64,000 bases of DNA from Acidobacteriota bacterium (lineage in GTDB: Bacteria > Acidobacteriota > UBA6911 > RPQK01 > JADFOI01). The stretch's first letter is position 1. The number at the start of each line of letters is the position of its first letter. The translations under genes and the position numbers were made by a program. Shown piece by piece: positions 9,934-20,451 of this stretch. Where the stretch lies: positions 3,328,001 to 3,392,000 of the forward strand of contig OY760074.1 of assembly GCA_963663035.1 (NCBI GenBank), read 5' to 3'. Below the pieces are notes generated by a model. That model ran no database searches and was not told where the DNA came from. It worked only from the letters and a program-made list of their open reading frames with translations.

Positions 9934-10938
9934 ATGAAGCCATACTTCCGGCCCCGTCGTCTGCGCGAGAATCCGATCTTGAGAAGAATGGTCCGGGAGG
10001 CACGGCTCTCAGTTGATCAGCTGATTTATCCCGTTTTTGTGTGCGAGGGAAAGGGAATTCGAGAAGAGATCTCCTCCATGCCGGGTCAATTTCGTTTCTC
10101 CCCGGACATGCTGATGGAGGAATTGCGGTCTGTTCAGGAGCTCTCGATTCCAGCCGTCATCCTGTTTGGAATTCCCGCCCAGGAAAAGAAAGATCCCATG
10201 GGAAGCGCTGCTTATGCTCGAGACGGGGTTGTCTGTCAGGCTCTGGAGTTGGCCAGGAAAAATGTTCCAGATGTCCTTTTAATCGCTGATGTGTGTCTTT
10301 GTGAGTACACTGACCATGGACACTGTGGAATAGTCCGGGAAGGCCCTGAGACGGGTCAGGGAACAATCCAGAACGATGAGACTTTGGAACTCCTCGCCCG
10401 GACAGCGCTGGTCTATGCCAAAGCAGGGGCCCATGTGATCGCCCCTTCCGACATGATGGACGGCCGGGTTGGAGCCATTCGAGAGACTTTGGATGAACAG
10501 CAATTTGAGCATGTGCCCATTCTCTCCTACGCGGCCAAGTATGCATCTGCTTTTTATGGCCCTTTTCGAGAAGCGGTTGAGTCCGCTCCCAAGTTTGGGG
10601 ACCGGAAGAGCTACCAGATGGATCCAGCCAACTCTCGCGAAGCCTTAAAAGAGGTCGAACTGGATCTGGATGAGGGTGCTGACATCGTCATGGTCAAACC
10701 AGCCCTCCCCTATCTCGATGTCATCTTTCAGGTTCGGCAATTGACCACGGTCCCGGTGGCAGCCTATCAGGTGAGCGGAGAGTATTCCGCCTTGTGTGCG
10801 GCCTTCTCTCAAAATTGGCTGCACCGCGAATCAACCCTCGTGGAGAGCCTGCTGGCGATTCGCCGCGCTGGAGCCGATCTTCTGGTGACCTACTTCGCCA
10901 AGGAAGCGGCCCAATTAATGAAGAAGGGAGAGTTCTAG
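9934..10938 (+). CDS. hemB: Porphobilinogen synthase (ALA dehydratase), Zn-binding type
   Basis: RPRRLR, DVCLCEYTDHGHCG, APSDMMDGRV, SYAAKYASAFYGPFR, MVKPA, AYQVSGEY. Start at ATG 9934. Confidence 0.97.
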   Translation: MKPYFRPRRLRENPILRRMVREARLSVDQLIYPVFVCEGKGIREEISSMPGQFRFSPDMLMEELRSVQELSIPAVILFGIPAQEKKDPMGSAAYARDGVVCQALELARKNVPDVLLIADVCLCEYTDHGHCGIVREGPETGQGTIQNDETLELLARTALVYAKAGAHVIAPSDMMDGRVGAIRETLDEQQFEHVPILSYAAKYASAFYGPFREAVESAPKFGDRKSYQMDPANSREALKEVELDLDEGADIVMVKPALPYLDVIFQVRQLTTVPVAAYQVSGEYSALCAAFSQNWLHRESTLVESLLAIRRAGADLLVTYFAKEAAQLMKKGEF

Positions 10939-12577
10939 CCGCAATTATTCATAAGTTTGGGGTGAGTGTCGATTTTCTGCGGAAGTTCAGGGCTGAGAGT
11001 GTGTTCAGGTGCGATTACAAGGCGTCCAAGCTTGTTGAGCCGAATAGAGATGAAGCGAGAGCCCCTTCCGGAAACAGCTCGGCCCGCAGGGGGCTGTATA
11101 TCTGTGTTGGCGCAGGGAGTCAGGGGACCGTCAGGTGGGACACAGACGGTGCATCAGTAATGCGAAGAGCTTTTGTTCGGGATAAGACGATGCCAGGTGC
11201 ACCCAGATGCGACGAGAAGTTTCCCGAACCCGGGCACCGATTTTGAACAGGCGGCGGCGGAGCGTCTCAATCTCCAGGTTGTGCCAGGGAGTCCCGCACA
11301 GGTAATCCCGCAGGCGCAGGATTAAGACATAGGCCAGGGCGTGGATGAAGAGTCGGAACTGGTTGGCCAGGAAACGGTGGCAGCTCAAGCGATCCATGGC
11401 CAGATCTTTTTTGAAAGCTTTCACGAAGTTCTCGCACTGGCCCCGTCCGATGTAGTGGTCATACAGCTGCCCGGCCGTGAGATCCTGGCGGTTGGTGACC
11501 ACAAAGCGACGGTTGAACCCGCGCTCGCTCACTTCCACCTTGGCCACCATGCGCCGCTCCCGGTCCCAACTGTCGGCCTGATAGACGAGCTCGGTGAACT
11601 GGCGTTGCTTTTCTCCTGAGTCGTCATAGTCTGCTTGCACCTGCTCAACCAAGGGCTCGACGGTGGCCGCCAGCCGGGAGTTGCGGGCAAAGCCCACCAC
11701 ATACTGCAGTTTTTCCTCCTCACAGAACTCGTACAGTGCCGGCGTCGCAAAGCCACTGTCGGCTCGCACTTCGATCGGAACATCGGATCCCAGAACCTGG
11801 CGCATCCGGGCCACCACCCGTTTGAGAACCGCCACCGCGTGGGCGGCCGCCCCCTGGTTGCCGGGCCGCAGTAGCGCACATACCAGATCGCCCGTCTCGC
11901 CATCGAATAGCAGCAGCGGATGATACATGTGCTCGCGATAATAGCCGTGGTAAAAGCTGAACTCCTGCTGCCCATGCGTGACGTCATCCGTGCTGTCGAT
12001 GTCCAGGATGATCTTCTCGGGCCGGCTCTTCTTGCGGTGCTTCAAGTAGGTCTCCAGCAGCCACTGTCCCAGGCGAGTGAGATCCTTCGAGTCCACCGAG
12101 TTCTCCAGTCGCGACAGCGTGGGTTGAGAAGCCAGATCCGGATCGCTTTCCGGCAGCCGATCACACACGGTCTTGAAGATGGGATCCGAGCGCAAGCTGT
12201 CGGCATCGTTGCAGTCCTCATAGCCGGCCACGATCTGAAAGCTGCGCTGGGTGAGCAGTTCGCGAATCTGGTGGCGGACGTAGCGGCTATCTCGAGCGTC
12301 CTTCAGGCAGGAGGCAAAGCCAGCCGTCAGTCCGTGCTGTTGATCCAGGGCGTACAGACACAGCAGCCCGGCATCGGAGGAGAGCCGGCCTCCATCGAAT
12401 CGAGCCACCACTTTTCTGTCAGGGTGAGATGGCAAGTTGATCTGGCAGACTGATGCATCGCTGGGCCGTACCTTTTTGGTTTGGAGTTGTTTCATAACCC
12501 CTTTTATATCAAAGAGGTACGGCATCTTTTTGTGCCCTCGATCAGACCCCTTCTTCAGAATTTATGAATAATCCCGG
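10939..12577 (-). mobile_element. IS1380-family insertion sequence, 1639 bp, CTAG target duplication
   Basis: Imperfect terminal inverted repeats CCGCAATTATTCATAA (10939) and TTATGAATAATCCCGG (ending 12577); CTAG at 10935-10938 and 12578-12581; single transposase ORF inside. Confidence 0.9.
11131..12525 (-). CDS. IS1380-family DDE transposase
   Basis: FDGGRLSSDAG, LASQPTLSRLEN, LDIDSTDD, VRADSGF, YIGRGQCENFVK, SCHRFLANQFRL. Start may be 12495. Confidence 0.95.
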   Translation of the reverse strand: MPYLFDIKGVMKQLQTKKVRPSDASVCQINLPSHPDRKVVARFDGGRLSSDAGLLCLYALDQQHGLTAGFASCLKDARDSRYVRHQIRELLTQRSFQIVAGYEDCNDADSLRSDPIFKTVCDRLPESDPDLASQPTLSRLENSVDSKDLTRLGQWLLETYLKHRKKSRPEKIILDIDSTDDVTHGQQEFSFYHGYYREHMYHPLLLFDGETGDLVCALLRPGNQGAAAHAVAVLKRVVARMRQVLGSDVPIEVRADSGFATPALYEFCEEEKLQYVVGFARNSRLAATVEPLVEQVQADYDDSGEKQRQFTELVYQADSWDRERRMVAKVEVSERGFNRRFVVTNRQDLTAGQLYDHYIGRGQCENFVKAFKKDLAMDRLSCHRFLANQFRLFIHALAYVLILRLRDYLCGTPWHNLEIETLRRRLFKIGARVRETSRRIWVHLASSYPEQKLFALLMHRLCPT

Positions 12578-12587
12578 CTAGAGGGGC

Positions 12588-13100
12588 TTAGTTGGTTTGT
12601 CCCTGGACTCGCTGGTAGCTCGAGGTGAGTTCTCCATCGACCGTCTCCTCCACGTCCGTGAGAGGCCGGTCTTCAACGGTGGCAATCTCTGAGACGACCA
12701 ATTGACGGGCACGGTCGAACATTTTCTTTTCGCGAAAAGAAAGGCTTTTCTGAAAGCTCAGGAAAAAGAGTGTTTTCAGGACCTGAGCGACTTCAAAGAT
12801 CGATCCTGAGTTCATCTTCTCCACATTATCTTTATAGCGGTTTTTCCAGTCGGGGTTGTATTCGTCGAGATCCTCCTTGAGGATACGAAAAAGCTTCTTC
12901 ACCTGAGCGGGCTCGCAAAGTCTGCGAATTCCGACGTTCTCGGCATTGGAGATGGGGATCATCACCTTGGAGTTGTTGGACATGATCCGGAGCATGTAAT
13001 ATTTTTCTGACTGCCCGGCGATGTCCTTTATGGAGATTTCCTCAATAACCCCAACTCCCTGATTCGGGTAGATTACCTTCTCTCCAACTTTGTATTCCAT
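12588..13100 (-). CDS. carD: CarD-family transcriptional regulator
   Basis: YKVGEKVIYPNQGVGVIE, WKNRYK, LSFREKKMFDRARQLVVSEIA. Confidence 0.93.
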   Translation of the reverse strand: MEYKVGEKVIYPNQGVGVIEEISIKDIAGQSEKYYMLRIMSNNSKVMIPISNAENVGIRRLCEPAQVKKLFRILKEDLDEYNPDWKNRYKDNVEKMNSGSIFEVAQVLKTLFFLSFQKSLSFREKKMFDRARQLVVSEIATVEDRPLTDVEETVDGELTSSYQRVQGQTN

Positions 13101-13139
13101 GTAGCCTCCCAGAAATTGTCAAGTGAGCTGGGCTTTCTT

Positions 13140-13168
13140 ATTGTACGAGACGGCAGCCTTATTGTCAA
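13140..13168 (-). promoter_or_regulatory. Sigma70-type promoter of carD
   Basis: TTGACA-17 bp-TACAAT on the minus strand; SD GGAGG upstream of the ATG. Confidence 0.7.
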
Positions 13169-13188
13169 AGCCGCACGAAGTCACCCAT

Positions 13189-14439
13189 TCACGAATCGGC
13201 GGAAAGCTTCTTCCGTACCAGATCGGAGAGATCGAACGCTTGGTGAATGGTTTGAATGGCACGATTCAATTGATCTTCCTGGATGATACAGGCGATCCGG
13301 ACCTCTGATGAACTGATGAGTTGGATGTTGATTTTTTCATCGGCCAGGGACTGAAACATGCGGGCGGCAACGCCGGGAGTACTGGCCACCCCGGAGCCAA
13401 TGACGGAGACCCGGGCAACACTGCTATCCACCAGAATCTCTTGGGCTCCTACTTCACTCTTCACTTTCTGCAAAATCTCCTGGCATTGTTGGCTGTCCTC
13501 CTGAGAGATGATCAGTGAGAAGTCATTGCCCTCATCATGCCGAATTCCCTGAATGATCAGCTGAATGCCGATGTCGGCATCAGCCAGAGTCTGAGAGATC
13601 TGAGCTGCCACGCCAGGAATATCCTTGACCCGGATCAGTGCAACACGGGCAATCCGGGCGTCACCTGTCACACCGGTGATCGCTACTTTTTCCAAAATTT
13701 CCTCCCTCATTACAGTTGTTCCTGGTCGATGAGTGAGGCTCGACCGTACCTCCAGGGGTATATCAAACTTACTGGCAATCTCAACACACCGCAGAGACAA
13801 GACGTCCGAGCCCGAAGCGGCAAATTCCAGCATCTCCTCGTAGCTAATAAAGTCCAGGAGACGGGCGTCCGAGACGATCCTGGGATTGGCCGTGAACACA
13901 CCGTCCACGTCCGTGTAGATCTCGCACACGGGAGATTTCAGTGCTGCAGCCAGGGCAGTTGCTGTGGTATCGGAGCCTCCCCGTCCCAAGGTGGTAATTT
14001 CTTGATCTGAAGTCACCCCCTGAAAGCCAGCTACGATGACGATGTTCCCTTCTTTCAGTAACTTCTGGATCTTATCTGTGGCGATATTCTGAATCCGAGC
14101 ACGAGCAAACTTCCCATCAGTCAAGATTCCACACTGAGCACCAGTCAGGGCGACGGCGTTGACTCCCAAGTCATGGACGGCCATGGCAAGCAAAGCGATC
14201 GACACCTGTTCACCAGTGGTGAGCAGCATGTCCAACTCCCTGCCTCGGGGTTTTTGGGTGACCTGTAAGGCCATCTCCAGCAACTGGTCCGTGGTCTTGG
14301 CCATGGCCGAGACCACGACCAACTGCGGTATTCCCCGTTGGTGGTCCGACACCAGCTCCCGGGCCACGTCACGGATGTACTCCACGGTCGCGACCGAGGT
14401 GCCGCCATACTTTCTCACCTTGACTGGCTGGTTGATCAT
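13189..14439 (-). CDS. lysC: Aspartate kinase with two ACT domains
   Basis: KYGGTSV, VVVSAM, AGFQG, TTLGRGGSDTTA, IYTDVDGVFTANPR. Confidence 0.96.
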   Translation of the reverse strand: MINQPVKVRKYGGTSVATVEYIRDVARELVSDHQRGIPQLVVVSAMAKTTDQLLEMALQVTQKPRGRELDMLLTTGEQVSIALLAMAVHDLGVNAVALTGAQCGILTDGKFARARIQNIATDKIQKLLKEGNIVIVAGFQGVTSDQEITTLGRGGSDTTATALAAALKSPVCEIYTDVDGVFTANPRIVSDARLLDFISYEEMLEFAASGSDVLSLRCVEIASKFDIPLEVRSSLTHRPGTTVMREEILEKVAITGVTGDARIARVALIRVKDIPGVAAQISQTLADADIGIQLIIQGIRHDEGNDFSLIISQEDSQQCQEILQKVKSEVGAQEILVDSSVARVSVIGSGVASTPGVAARMFQSLADEKINIQLISSSEVRIACIIQEDQLNRAIQTIHQAFDLSDLVRKKLSADS

Positions 14440-15692
14440 GCAGGTGTCTCGACGGGAGCCAGTCTTTCCTCTGCCTCAAACCAGTCACGAAAAACCTTCA
14501 AATTGGGTCGCAGGGTCACATCGACTTCGAACTGGGACTCGAAAACATCCAGGGTTTTATACCCATTTCCGGTAATCGCCACCACGATGCTCTCCTCAGG
14601 ATTGATGCGCTTCTGCTGGAGCAGTTTCATCGTTGCCGCCAATGTGGTCCCGCCAGCGGGCTCGGTGAAGATCCCTTCCGTTTCTGCCAGCAACTCTATG
14701 GCCTCCAGGATCTCGCTATCGCTGGCAGTCGCTCCCCAGCCACCCGAGCTGCGGACTTCTTGAAGGACATAGATACCGTCTGCCGGATTGCCGATTGCGA
14801 TTGACTTGGCCAAGGTGTGAGGCTTTTCCGGATTGATATGGTCCAGGCCCTGGAGAAGTGCTCGAACGACCGGGGCACAGCCCTCTGCCTGTGCAGAATA
14901 GATCCGGCATTTCCCCTTAGCCCATCCCAGCTCGGTGAGCTCATGAAAGGCCCTGGCAACTTTGGGCAGGAGCGTTCCGCCGGCAGTGGGCAGGACTAAA
15001 TGGTCCGGCAGTCTCCAGCCCAGCTGCTCGGCGATCTCATAACCCATGGTTTTGGCACCTTCGGTGTAGTAGGGCCTGAGATTGACGTTCACAAATCCCC
15101 ACCCGTAATGATCGCCGATCTCAGCACACAGACGGTTTACGTCGTCATAATTCCCTTCCAGGGCCACCACTTTTGGTTTGCAGATGAGTGAGCCGTCGAT
15201 CTTGGCTGCTTCAATATCCTGTGGAATGAAGAGCAGACAAGGAAATCCTGCTTGGGCGCAGTGAGCTGCAACCGCGTTCGCGAGATTTCCGGTGGAGGCA
15301 CAGGAGAAGACGGTGTAACCCAGTTCAGCTCCTCGACTCAAGGCAACGGACACGACCCGGTCCTTGTAGGAGAGGGTGGGATGGTTGACGGAATCGTCCT
15401 TTAAATAGAGTTCCTTGACCCCAAGATGCTCGGCCAGGCGCCTGGCTTTGATCAAAGGTGTATAGCCCGAATGGAAGCCTGTAATGGGTTCTCCCATCAC
15501 AGGAAGCAACTCCCGATAGCGCCAAAGATTCTGCTCACGCTGGGCGATAATCTTGGGATTCAGATCGGACTGGATTTTGGAGTAGTCATAGAGGACTTCC
15601 AGGGGGCCAAAACACTCCAGACAGATGAAACTTCGATCGGCCGGATACTCAGTCCCACAGTGTTTGCACCTTAAGCCTTTGACATAACTCAT
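14436..15692 (-). CDS. thrC: Threonine synthase-family PLP enzyme with N-terminal Zn ribbon
   Basis: CKHC...CLEC, NHPTLSYKDR (PLP Lys), ASTGNLA, EGAKT, FTEPAGG, ITGNGYK. Confidence 0.88.
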   Translation of the reverse strand: MSYVKGLRCKHCGTEYPADRSFICLECFGPLEVLYDYSKIQSDLNPKIIAQREQNLWRYRELLPVMGEPITGFHSGYTPLIKARRLAEHLGVKELYLKDDSVNHPTLSYKDRVVSVALSRGAELGYTVFSCASTGNLANAVAAHCAQAGFPCLLFIPQDIEAAKIDGSLICKPKVVALEGNYDDVNRLCAEIGDHYGWGFVNVNLRPYYTEGAKTMGYEIAEQLGWRLPDHLVLPTAGGTLLPKVARAFHELTELGWAKGKCRIYSAQAEGCAPVVRALLQGLDHINPEKPHTLAKSIAIGNPADGIYVLQEVRSSGGWGATASDSEILEAIELLAETEGIFTEPAGGTTLAATMKLLQQKRINPEESIVVAITGNGYKTLDVFESQFEVDVTLRPNLKVFRDWFEAEERLAPVETPA

Positions 15693-15787
15693 GCAGCAAC
15701 CTTCTCCTCTCTGGAAACGGCTCGCACCGTCTCAAGGGGGCACCAGCCGGCAGAAGCGACTTCAGCCCCCGAAAGGTCCAAGTTGAT

Positions 15788-15820
15788 AAAAAAAAGCCCT
15801 TTCTGGAAAGAAAGGGCCTC
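15788..15820 (-). terminator. Intrinsic terminator (SAM riboswitch expression platform)
   Basis: Minus strand GCCCTTTCT-TTCC-AGAAAGGGC followed by a run of 8 T. Confidence 0.85.
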
Positions 15821-15836
15821 GATAGCTTTCGACGCC

Positions 15837-15939
15837 GAACTTATCTTCCAGATCGAGCTGCAGGAATTAGCACCACACCTCAAGGGTTGGTTGCTGTGGC
15901 ATCGACGGGCCCGTTCCCTCCGCCACTCCTGATAAGTTC
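15837..15939 (-). ncRNA. SAM-I (S-box) riboswitch
   Basis: Minus strand GAACTTATCAGGAGTGGCGGAGGGAACGGGCCCGTCGATGCCACAGCAACC...GGTGCTAATTCC...GAAGATAAGTTC; P1 helix CTTATC/GATAAG and the core S-box motifs are present. Confidence 0.95.
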
Positions 15940-15947
15940 AAAGTGTG

Positions 15948-15977
15948 ATAATACGACCAGTTCAGCTATTCTGTCAA
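15948..15977 (-). promoter_or_regulatory. Sigma70-type promoter of the SAM-thrC-lysC transcript
   Basis: TTGACA-18 bp-TATTAT just upstream of the riboswitch 5' end. Confidence 0.65.
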
Positions 15978-15991
15978 GTAGGGAGAAGCCT

Positions 15992-17464
15992 GTGAGAACT
16001 CTCACCAGAAAAGTTTTGCAGACAATTCACCGATATCAGCTTCTGAAAGAGGGAGATCGGGTCATTGTCGCCCTTTCAGGAGGCGCCGACTCGGTCGCAC
16101 TTCTGCTGGCCTTGAAGGAGTTAGAGGAGAGTTTTTCACTTCGACTCTGTGCGGCCCACCTGAATCACCAGTTGAGGGGAAGCGAATCTGACCAGGATGA
16201 GCAATTCGTGCAGCGCCTTTGCCAGCAGTTTGAACTTCCCATTGAGGTCAAGGGTGTCAACACGCAGCAGGAGATGCGAAAGAGTGGAGAGAACCTGGAG
16301 AGCTGCGCGCGGAGACTGCGCTATGATTTTCTCTTTCAATTGGCGCTGAAAGAAGGCAGTAAAGTAGCAACCGGGCACACACTCAATGATCAGGCTGAAA
16401 CTTTCTTGATGAAGCTGGTTCGAGGAGCTGGGCCAGGTGGTCTTTCCGGGATCTGCCCATTGCGAGTCCATCAGATTGGAACTCCCCAGGGACCTCTTTC
16501 CGTCACCGTCGTGAGACCGCTCCTTGAGGTTCGGCGCCAGGAGGTTCTGGATTTCCTGGCGGATCAAAACCAGAGTTTCCGGGTCGATAGCTCTAATCAA
16601 GATCTCAGCTTTGACAGAAATTGGGTCCGTCATCAGCTCATCCCGCTGCTGAAGGAAAAACTGAATCCGGCACTGCTGGAGACTCTCCAGAGAACAACTG
16701 AGCTCTTTAGAGAAGTTGAGGAGTTCCTGGCCCATCAAGGAAAAGAGGCCTTTGAGCGGTGCAGGTTAGGCGAGTCTCCAGAAACGAGGCTCAGCATTAA
16801 GGAGCTGGGAGACTGTCCCGCCATAATCGCAAAGGAGGTTGTTCGACGCGCCGTAGCGGCCGCCAAGGGAGATCTACGCGACATCAACCTCAAGCACATT
16901 GAGGAAATCCTCCAGGTGAGTCGCACGCTCAGTGGAAAGGAGACACATTTGCCCGGAGGGTTGAAAGTCCAGCGAGAATTTGGCGATTTACGGTTTACTC
17001 TGGAATCACCTCCCGGCTTCTTTTCGTATCAACTGAAGGTCCCGGGTGAACTTTTCGTGAGGGAAGTGTCTAAGCATGTGGTGGCGCGGAGAGAGAGAAA
17101 GAAAGAGAGGGAAGGGGAGAAATCTGTTGTGATCAAGTGGAGTGGCGAGAGCCTGACCATTCGTAATCGCCGCCCTGGAGATGTGTACCGCACTTCCTTG
17201 GACGCTGAGGGAAAGAAGCTCAAGGAGCTGTTTCAAAAAAACAAGATTCCCAAGAGCCAGCGAGACAAACTGGTGATTGTTGAAGGAGACAACGAGATTA
17301 TCTGGGTAGAGGGTTTCCCTGCTCCGCCGAAGTATCGAGCCTCTCGGAGTAGTGCACGAACCGTGGAAATCCAGGTACGAAATGAAACTTCGGATGGCGA
17401 AAAGCTTCTAAAAGAAGGAGAGAAGAATTCGGAAAATGAAACAAGCCCAGGAAGAAACGCGTAA
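15992..17464 (+). CDS. tilS: tRNA(Ile)-lysidine synthetase
   Basis: ALSGGADS PP-loop, HLNHQLRG, ARRLRY, TGHTLNDQAET, RPLL, RNWVRH. GTG start at 15992 with SD GGGAG. Confidence 0.95.
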   Translation: MRTLTRKVLQTIHRYQLLKEGDRVIVALSGGADSVALLLALKELEESFSLRLCAAHLNHQLRGSESDQDEQFVQRLCQQFELPIEVKGVNTQQEMRKSGENLESCARRLRYDFLFQLALKEGSKVATGHTLNDQAETFLMKLVRGAGPGGLSGICPLRVHQIGTPQGPLSVTVVRPLLEVRRQEVLDFLADQNQSFRVDSSNQDLSFDRNWVRHQLIPLLKEKLNPALLETLQRTTELFREVEEFLAHQGKEAFERCRLGESPETRLSIKELGDCPAIIAKEVVRRAVAAAKGDLRDINLKHIEEILQVSRTLSGKETHLPGGLKVQREFGDLRFTLESPPGFFSYQLKVPGELFVREVSKHVVARRERKKEREGEKSVVIKWSGESLTIRNRRPGDVYRTSLDAEGKKLKELFQKNKIPKSQRDKLVIVEGDNEIIWVEGFPAPPKYRASRSSARTVEIQVRNETSDGEKLLKEGEKNSENETSPGRNA

Positions 17465-17486
17465 AAGAAAGCAGCTGCCTGCACAG

Positions 17487-17516
17487 TTGGCTAACAAGGG
17501 CTCAATAGCCTATAAT
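17487..17516 (+). promoter_or_regulatory. Sigma70-type promoter upstream of ftsH
   Basis: TTGGCT-18 bp-TATAAT; SD GGAGG before the TTG start. Confidence 0.55.
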
Positions 17517-17578
17517 GTAAGTGGCGACGCCTTCAGGGCGGCCTGGGCCCTCTCAGTTCTGGTTGGAGGTTTTGAAAG

Positions 17579-19525
17579 TTGAACATCACTGCTAAAAACG
17601 TTTTTCTCTGGATTGTCATCATCGTGGCTGTGGTCGTTCTATGGAATTTCCTCAACACAGTTCGCAGCGGCAATATCGATGAGCTGAACTACTCTGAATT
17701 CACCTCTCTGGTGAAGGAGGACAAGCTGAGAAGTTACCCCACCTCTCCCGTCACCTTGACCGGAAACGAAGTAGAGGGCAAATACCTTGACTCTGGTACT
17801 GATACAGAGCGCCAGTTTCGAGTGATCATTCCCAAGGGATCTGAGGAAACCATTGCCAATACCCTGAACGAAAAGGACATCATTGTCCGAGTCAACGACG
17901 ATGAGCAGAACTCTTTCGTGTACATGCTCCTGACCTCCTGGTTTCCCATTATCCTCTTCGTGGGCTTCTGGATTTTTCTGATGCGGCAGATGCAAAGTGG
18001 TGGAAACAGGGCGCTTTCCTTTGGAAAGAGCCGTGCTAAATTATCCACCAGCAATCAGAAGAAGGTTACCTTTAAAGACGTGGCCGGGGTGGAGGAAGCC
18101 AAAGAGGAACTTCAGGAAATCATTGAATTCCTCAAAGAACCTCAAAAATTCCAGAAGTTGGGCGGACGGATTCCCAAAGGTGTGCTCCTGATGGGCCCGC
18201 CCGGGACGGGAAAGACTCTCTTGGCTCGAGCCATTGCTGGGGAAGCAAGCGTCCCATTCTTCAGCATCAGTGGGTCTGATTTTGTTGAGATGTTTGTCGG
18301 TGTGGGGGCAAGTCGTGTCAGAGATCTTTTTGACCAGGGAAAAAAGAATGCTCCCTGCATCATCTTCATTGATGAGATTGACGCCGTTGGGCGACATCGT
18401 GGTGCCGGTCTGGGAGGAGGTCATGACGAAAGAGAACAAACTCTGAACCAGTTACTGGTGGAAATGGATGGTTTCGAGACCAACGAGGGGGTGATTCTCA
18501 TTGCTGCCACCAACCGCCCCGATGTCCTGGATCCTGCTCTGTTACGCCCTGGCCGCTTTGATCGTGAAATCGTGGTGACACTGCCCGATATCAAGGGAAG
18601 GGAAGGCATCCTCAAAGTCCACACTCGGCGAATTCCGTTGGGGAAGGACTTCAATATCTCGATTCTCGCTCGAGGAACCCCGGGATTCTCGGGAGCCCAG
18701 TTGGCGAATTTGGTCAATGAGGCGGCTCTCAATGCGGCCAGATTCAGCCACACCGCTGTGACCATGGACGACTTCGAAGAAGCGAAAGATAAAGTGTTGA
18801 TGGGCAAGGAGCGAAAGTCCATGATCATGAGCGACCAGGAGAAGCGCAATACTGCCTATCACGAAGCAGGTCATGCCCTTGTGGCCTCTAAGGTTCCCGA
18901 GGCCGATCCGTTGCACAAAGTCACCATTATCCCTCGGGGACGAGCCTTGGGTGTGACGATGCAGCTCCCCGAGGAAGATAAGTACAGCTACACCAAAGAA
19001 TACATGGAAGCTTCCGTCGCTATTCTTCTGGGCGGGCGAGCTGCGGAAGAAATCTTTCTGGGAAGCTGCACCACAGGTGCCTCCAATGATCTGGAACGGG
19101 TAACGGAGCGAGCGCGAAAAATGGTGTGTGAATGGGGTATGAGCGAAGAAATGGGACCCTTGACCTACGGTAAGAAGGAAGAACAGATCTTCCTGGGCAG
19201 GGAGATCGCACAGCACCAGGATTACAGTGAAGCAACTGCTATGGAGATCGACCAGGAAGTCAAGAAAGTTGTGCTGAAAGGTAACGCCCTTGCCCGCAAA
19301 ATTTTGGAAAAGAACCGGAAAGCCCTGATTAGGGTGGCGGAAGCCCTCTTGGAGTACGAAACCCTGGATGCTGAAGAGATCAAACTTGTCATCAAGGGCG
19401 GCAAGATCCAGCGGGAACTTGAAGTGGAAACCCCCAGTGAGCCTGAGCCCAAGCAGGAAGAGAAGGAGCGAAAAAAGTCGCTGCCGTCTCTGGCCAAGCC
19501 TGACGAACGTCCAGCCCCCGCGTAG
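17579..19525 (+). CDS. ftsH: ATP-dependent zinc metalloprotease FtsH
   Basis: Two TM helices, [17 protein letters not shown] ([20 protein letters not shown]), HEAGH. Confidence 0.98.
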   Translation: MNITAKNVFLWIVIIVAVVVLWNFLNTVRSGNIDELNYSEFTSLVKEDKLRSYPTSPVTLTGNEVEGKYLDSGTDTERQFRVIIPKGSEETIANTLNEKDIIVRVNDDEQNSFVYMLLTSWFPIILFVGFWIFLMRQMQSGGNRALSFGKSRAKLSTSNQKKVTFKDVAGVEEAKEELQEIIEFLKEPQKFQKLGGRIPKGVLLMGPPGTGKTLLARAIAGEASVPFFSISGSDFVEMFVGVGASRVRDLFDQGKKNAPCIIFIDEIDAVGRHRGAGLGGGHDEREQTLNQLLVEMDGFETNEGVILIAATNRPDVLDPALLRPGRFDREIVVTLPDIKGREGILKVHTRRIPLGKDFNISILARGTPGFSGAQLANLVNEAALNAARFSHTAVTMDDFEEAKDKVLMGKERKSMIMSDQEKRNTAYHEAGHALVASKVPEADPLHKVTIIPRGRALGVTMQLPEEDKYSYTKEYMEASVAILLGGRAAEEIFLGSCTTGASNDLERVTERARKMVCEWGMSEEMGPLTYGKKEEQIFLGREIAQHQDYSEATAMEIDQEVKKVVLKGNALARKILEKNRKALIRVAEALLEYETLDAEEIKLVIKGGKIQRELEVETPSEPEPKQEEKERKKSLPSLAKPDERPAPA

Positions 19526-19590
19526 CTGCTTGAGCCAGGAACCTTTTACTTTTCTTCTGGGCCCGGCTTCCGATTGGCTCCAAGGTGTCG

Positions 19591-20451
19591 ATGTTCAGAA
19601 GAGCCTATGTTCTACAGGCCCGCGATAAAAGACTGGAACTCGGAAGACGTACACGGGTCATGGGAGTGGTCAATATTACTCCCGACTCCTTTTCTGATGG
19701 AGGCCGCTTTCTCGAGCGTTCAAAAGCAGTTGAATGCTGTTTGCAGTTGGTTGAGGGTGGCGCACACATTCTCGATTTGGGAGGGGAATCTTCCCGCCCT
19801 GGGGCCCAGCCGGTTTCAGCTGATGAGGAATTGGAGCGGATCTTACCCGTGCTGCAGGAGGTTCGTAAGCAGGTGTCCGTGCTTATCTCGATTGACACCT
19901 ATAAATCTGTGGTGGCCCGCGAGACATTGAAAGAAGGTGCAGATATCGTGAATGACATCAGTGCGTTTGGCTTTGATCCCGAACTGCCTCAGGTCGTCGC
20001 GGAATGGGATGCGGCAGTGGTGCTGATGCACATGCGTGGAACTCCCCAAACCATGCAAGAGATTTCTCCCAGCCAGGATATCCTCGAAGAAGTTCAAAGT
20101 GATTTGAAGGCTGCTGTATCGAAAGCCTTCGAACATGGGATATCCAAAGAGAGGATGATCATCGATCCTGGTATCGGTTTCGGCAAAACCGTTGAAGACA
20201 ATTGCAAGATCTTGAACCGGTTGTCGTTTCTCGAGACCTTCGATTTACCGATAATGGTGGGAACTTCTCGAAAGAGTTTCCTTGGCAAAATTTTAGGCCT
20301 TTCCGCTCAAGAGCGAATTTGGGGTAGTGCAGCGTCGGTGGCGATTGCCATCATGCGGGGAGCCCACATCGTGAGACTACACGATGTGGCAGAGATGGAC
20401 CAGGTCGCCCAAATCAGTGATGCCGTCCTGGCGGAGAGTCCTGTGCAATAA
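19591..20451 (+). CDS. folP: Dihydropteroate synthase
   Basis: MGVVNITPDSFSDGG, DLGGESSRPG, SIDTYK, DPGIGFGK, GTSRKS, RLHDV. Confidence 0.97.
   Translation: MFRRAYVLQARDKRLELGRRTRVMGVVNITPDSFSDGGRFLERSKAVECCLQLVEGGAHILDLGGESSRPGAQPVSADEELERILPVLQEVRKQVSVLISIDTYKSVVARETLKEGADIVNDISAFGFDPELPQVVAEWDAAVVLMHMRGTPQTMQEISPSQDILEEVQSDLKAAVSKAFEHGISKERMIIDPGIGFGKTVEDNCKILNRLSFLETFDLPIMVGTSRKSFLGKILGLSAQERIWGSAASVAIAIMRGAHIVRLHDVAEMDQVAQISDAVLAESPVQ

Noticed and set aside
15887-15991. N-terminal extension of tilS
   Set aside because: It overlaps the SAM riboswitch and promoter on the opposite strand; GTG 15992 has an SD.
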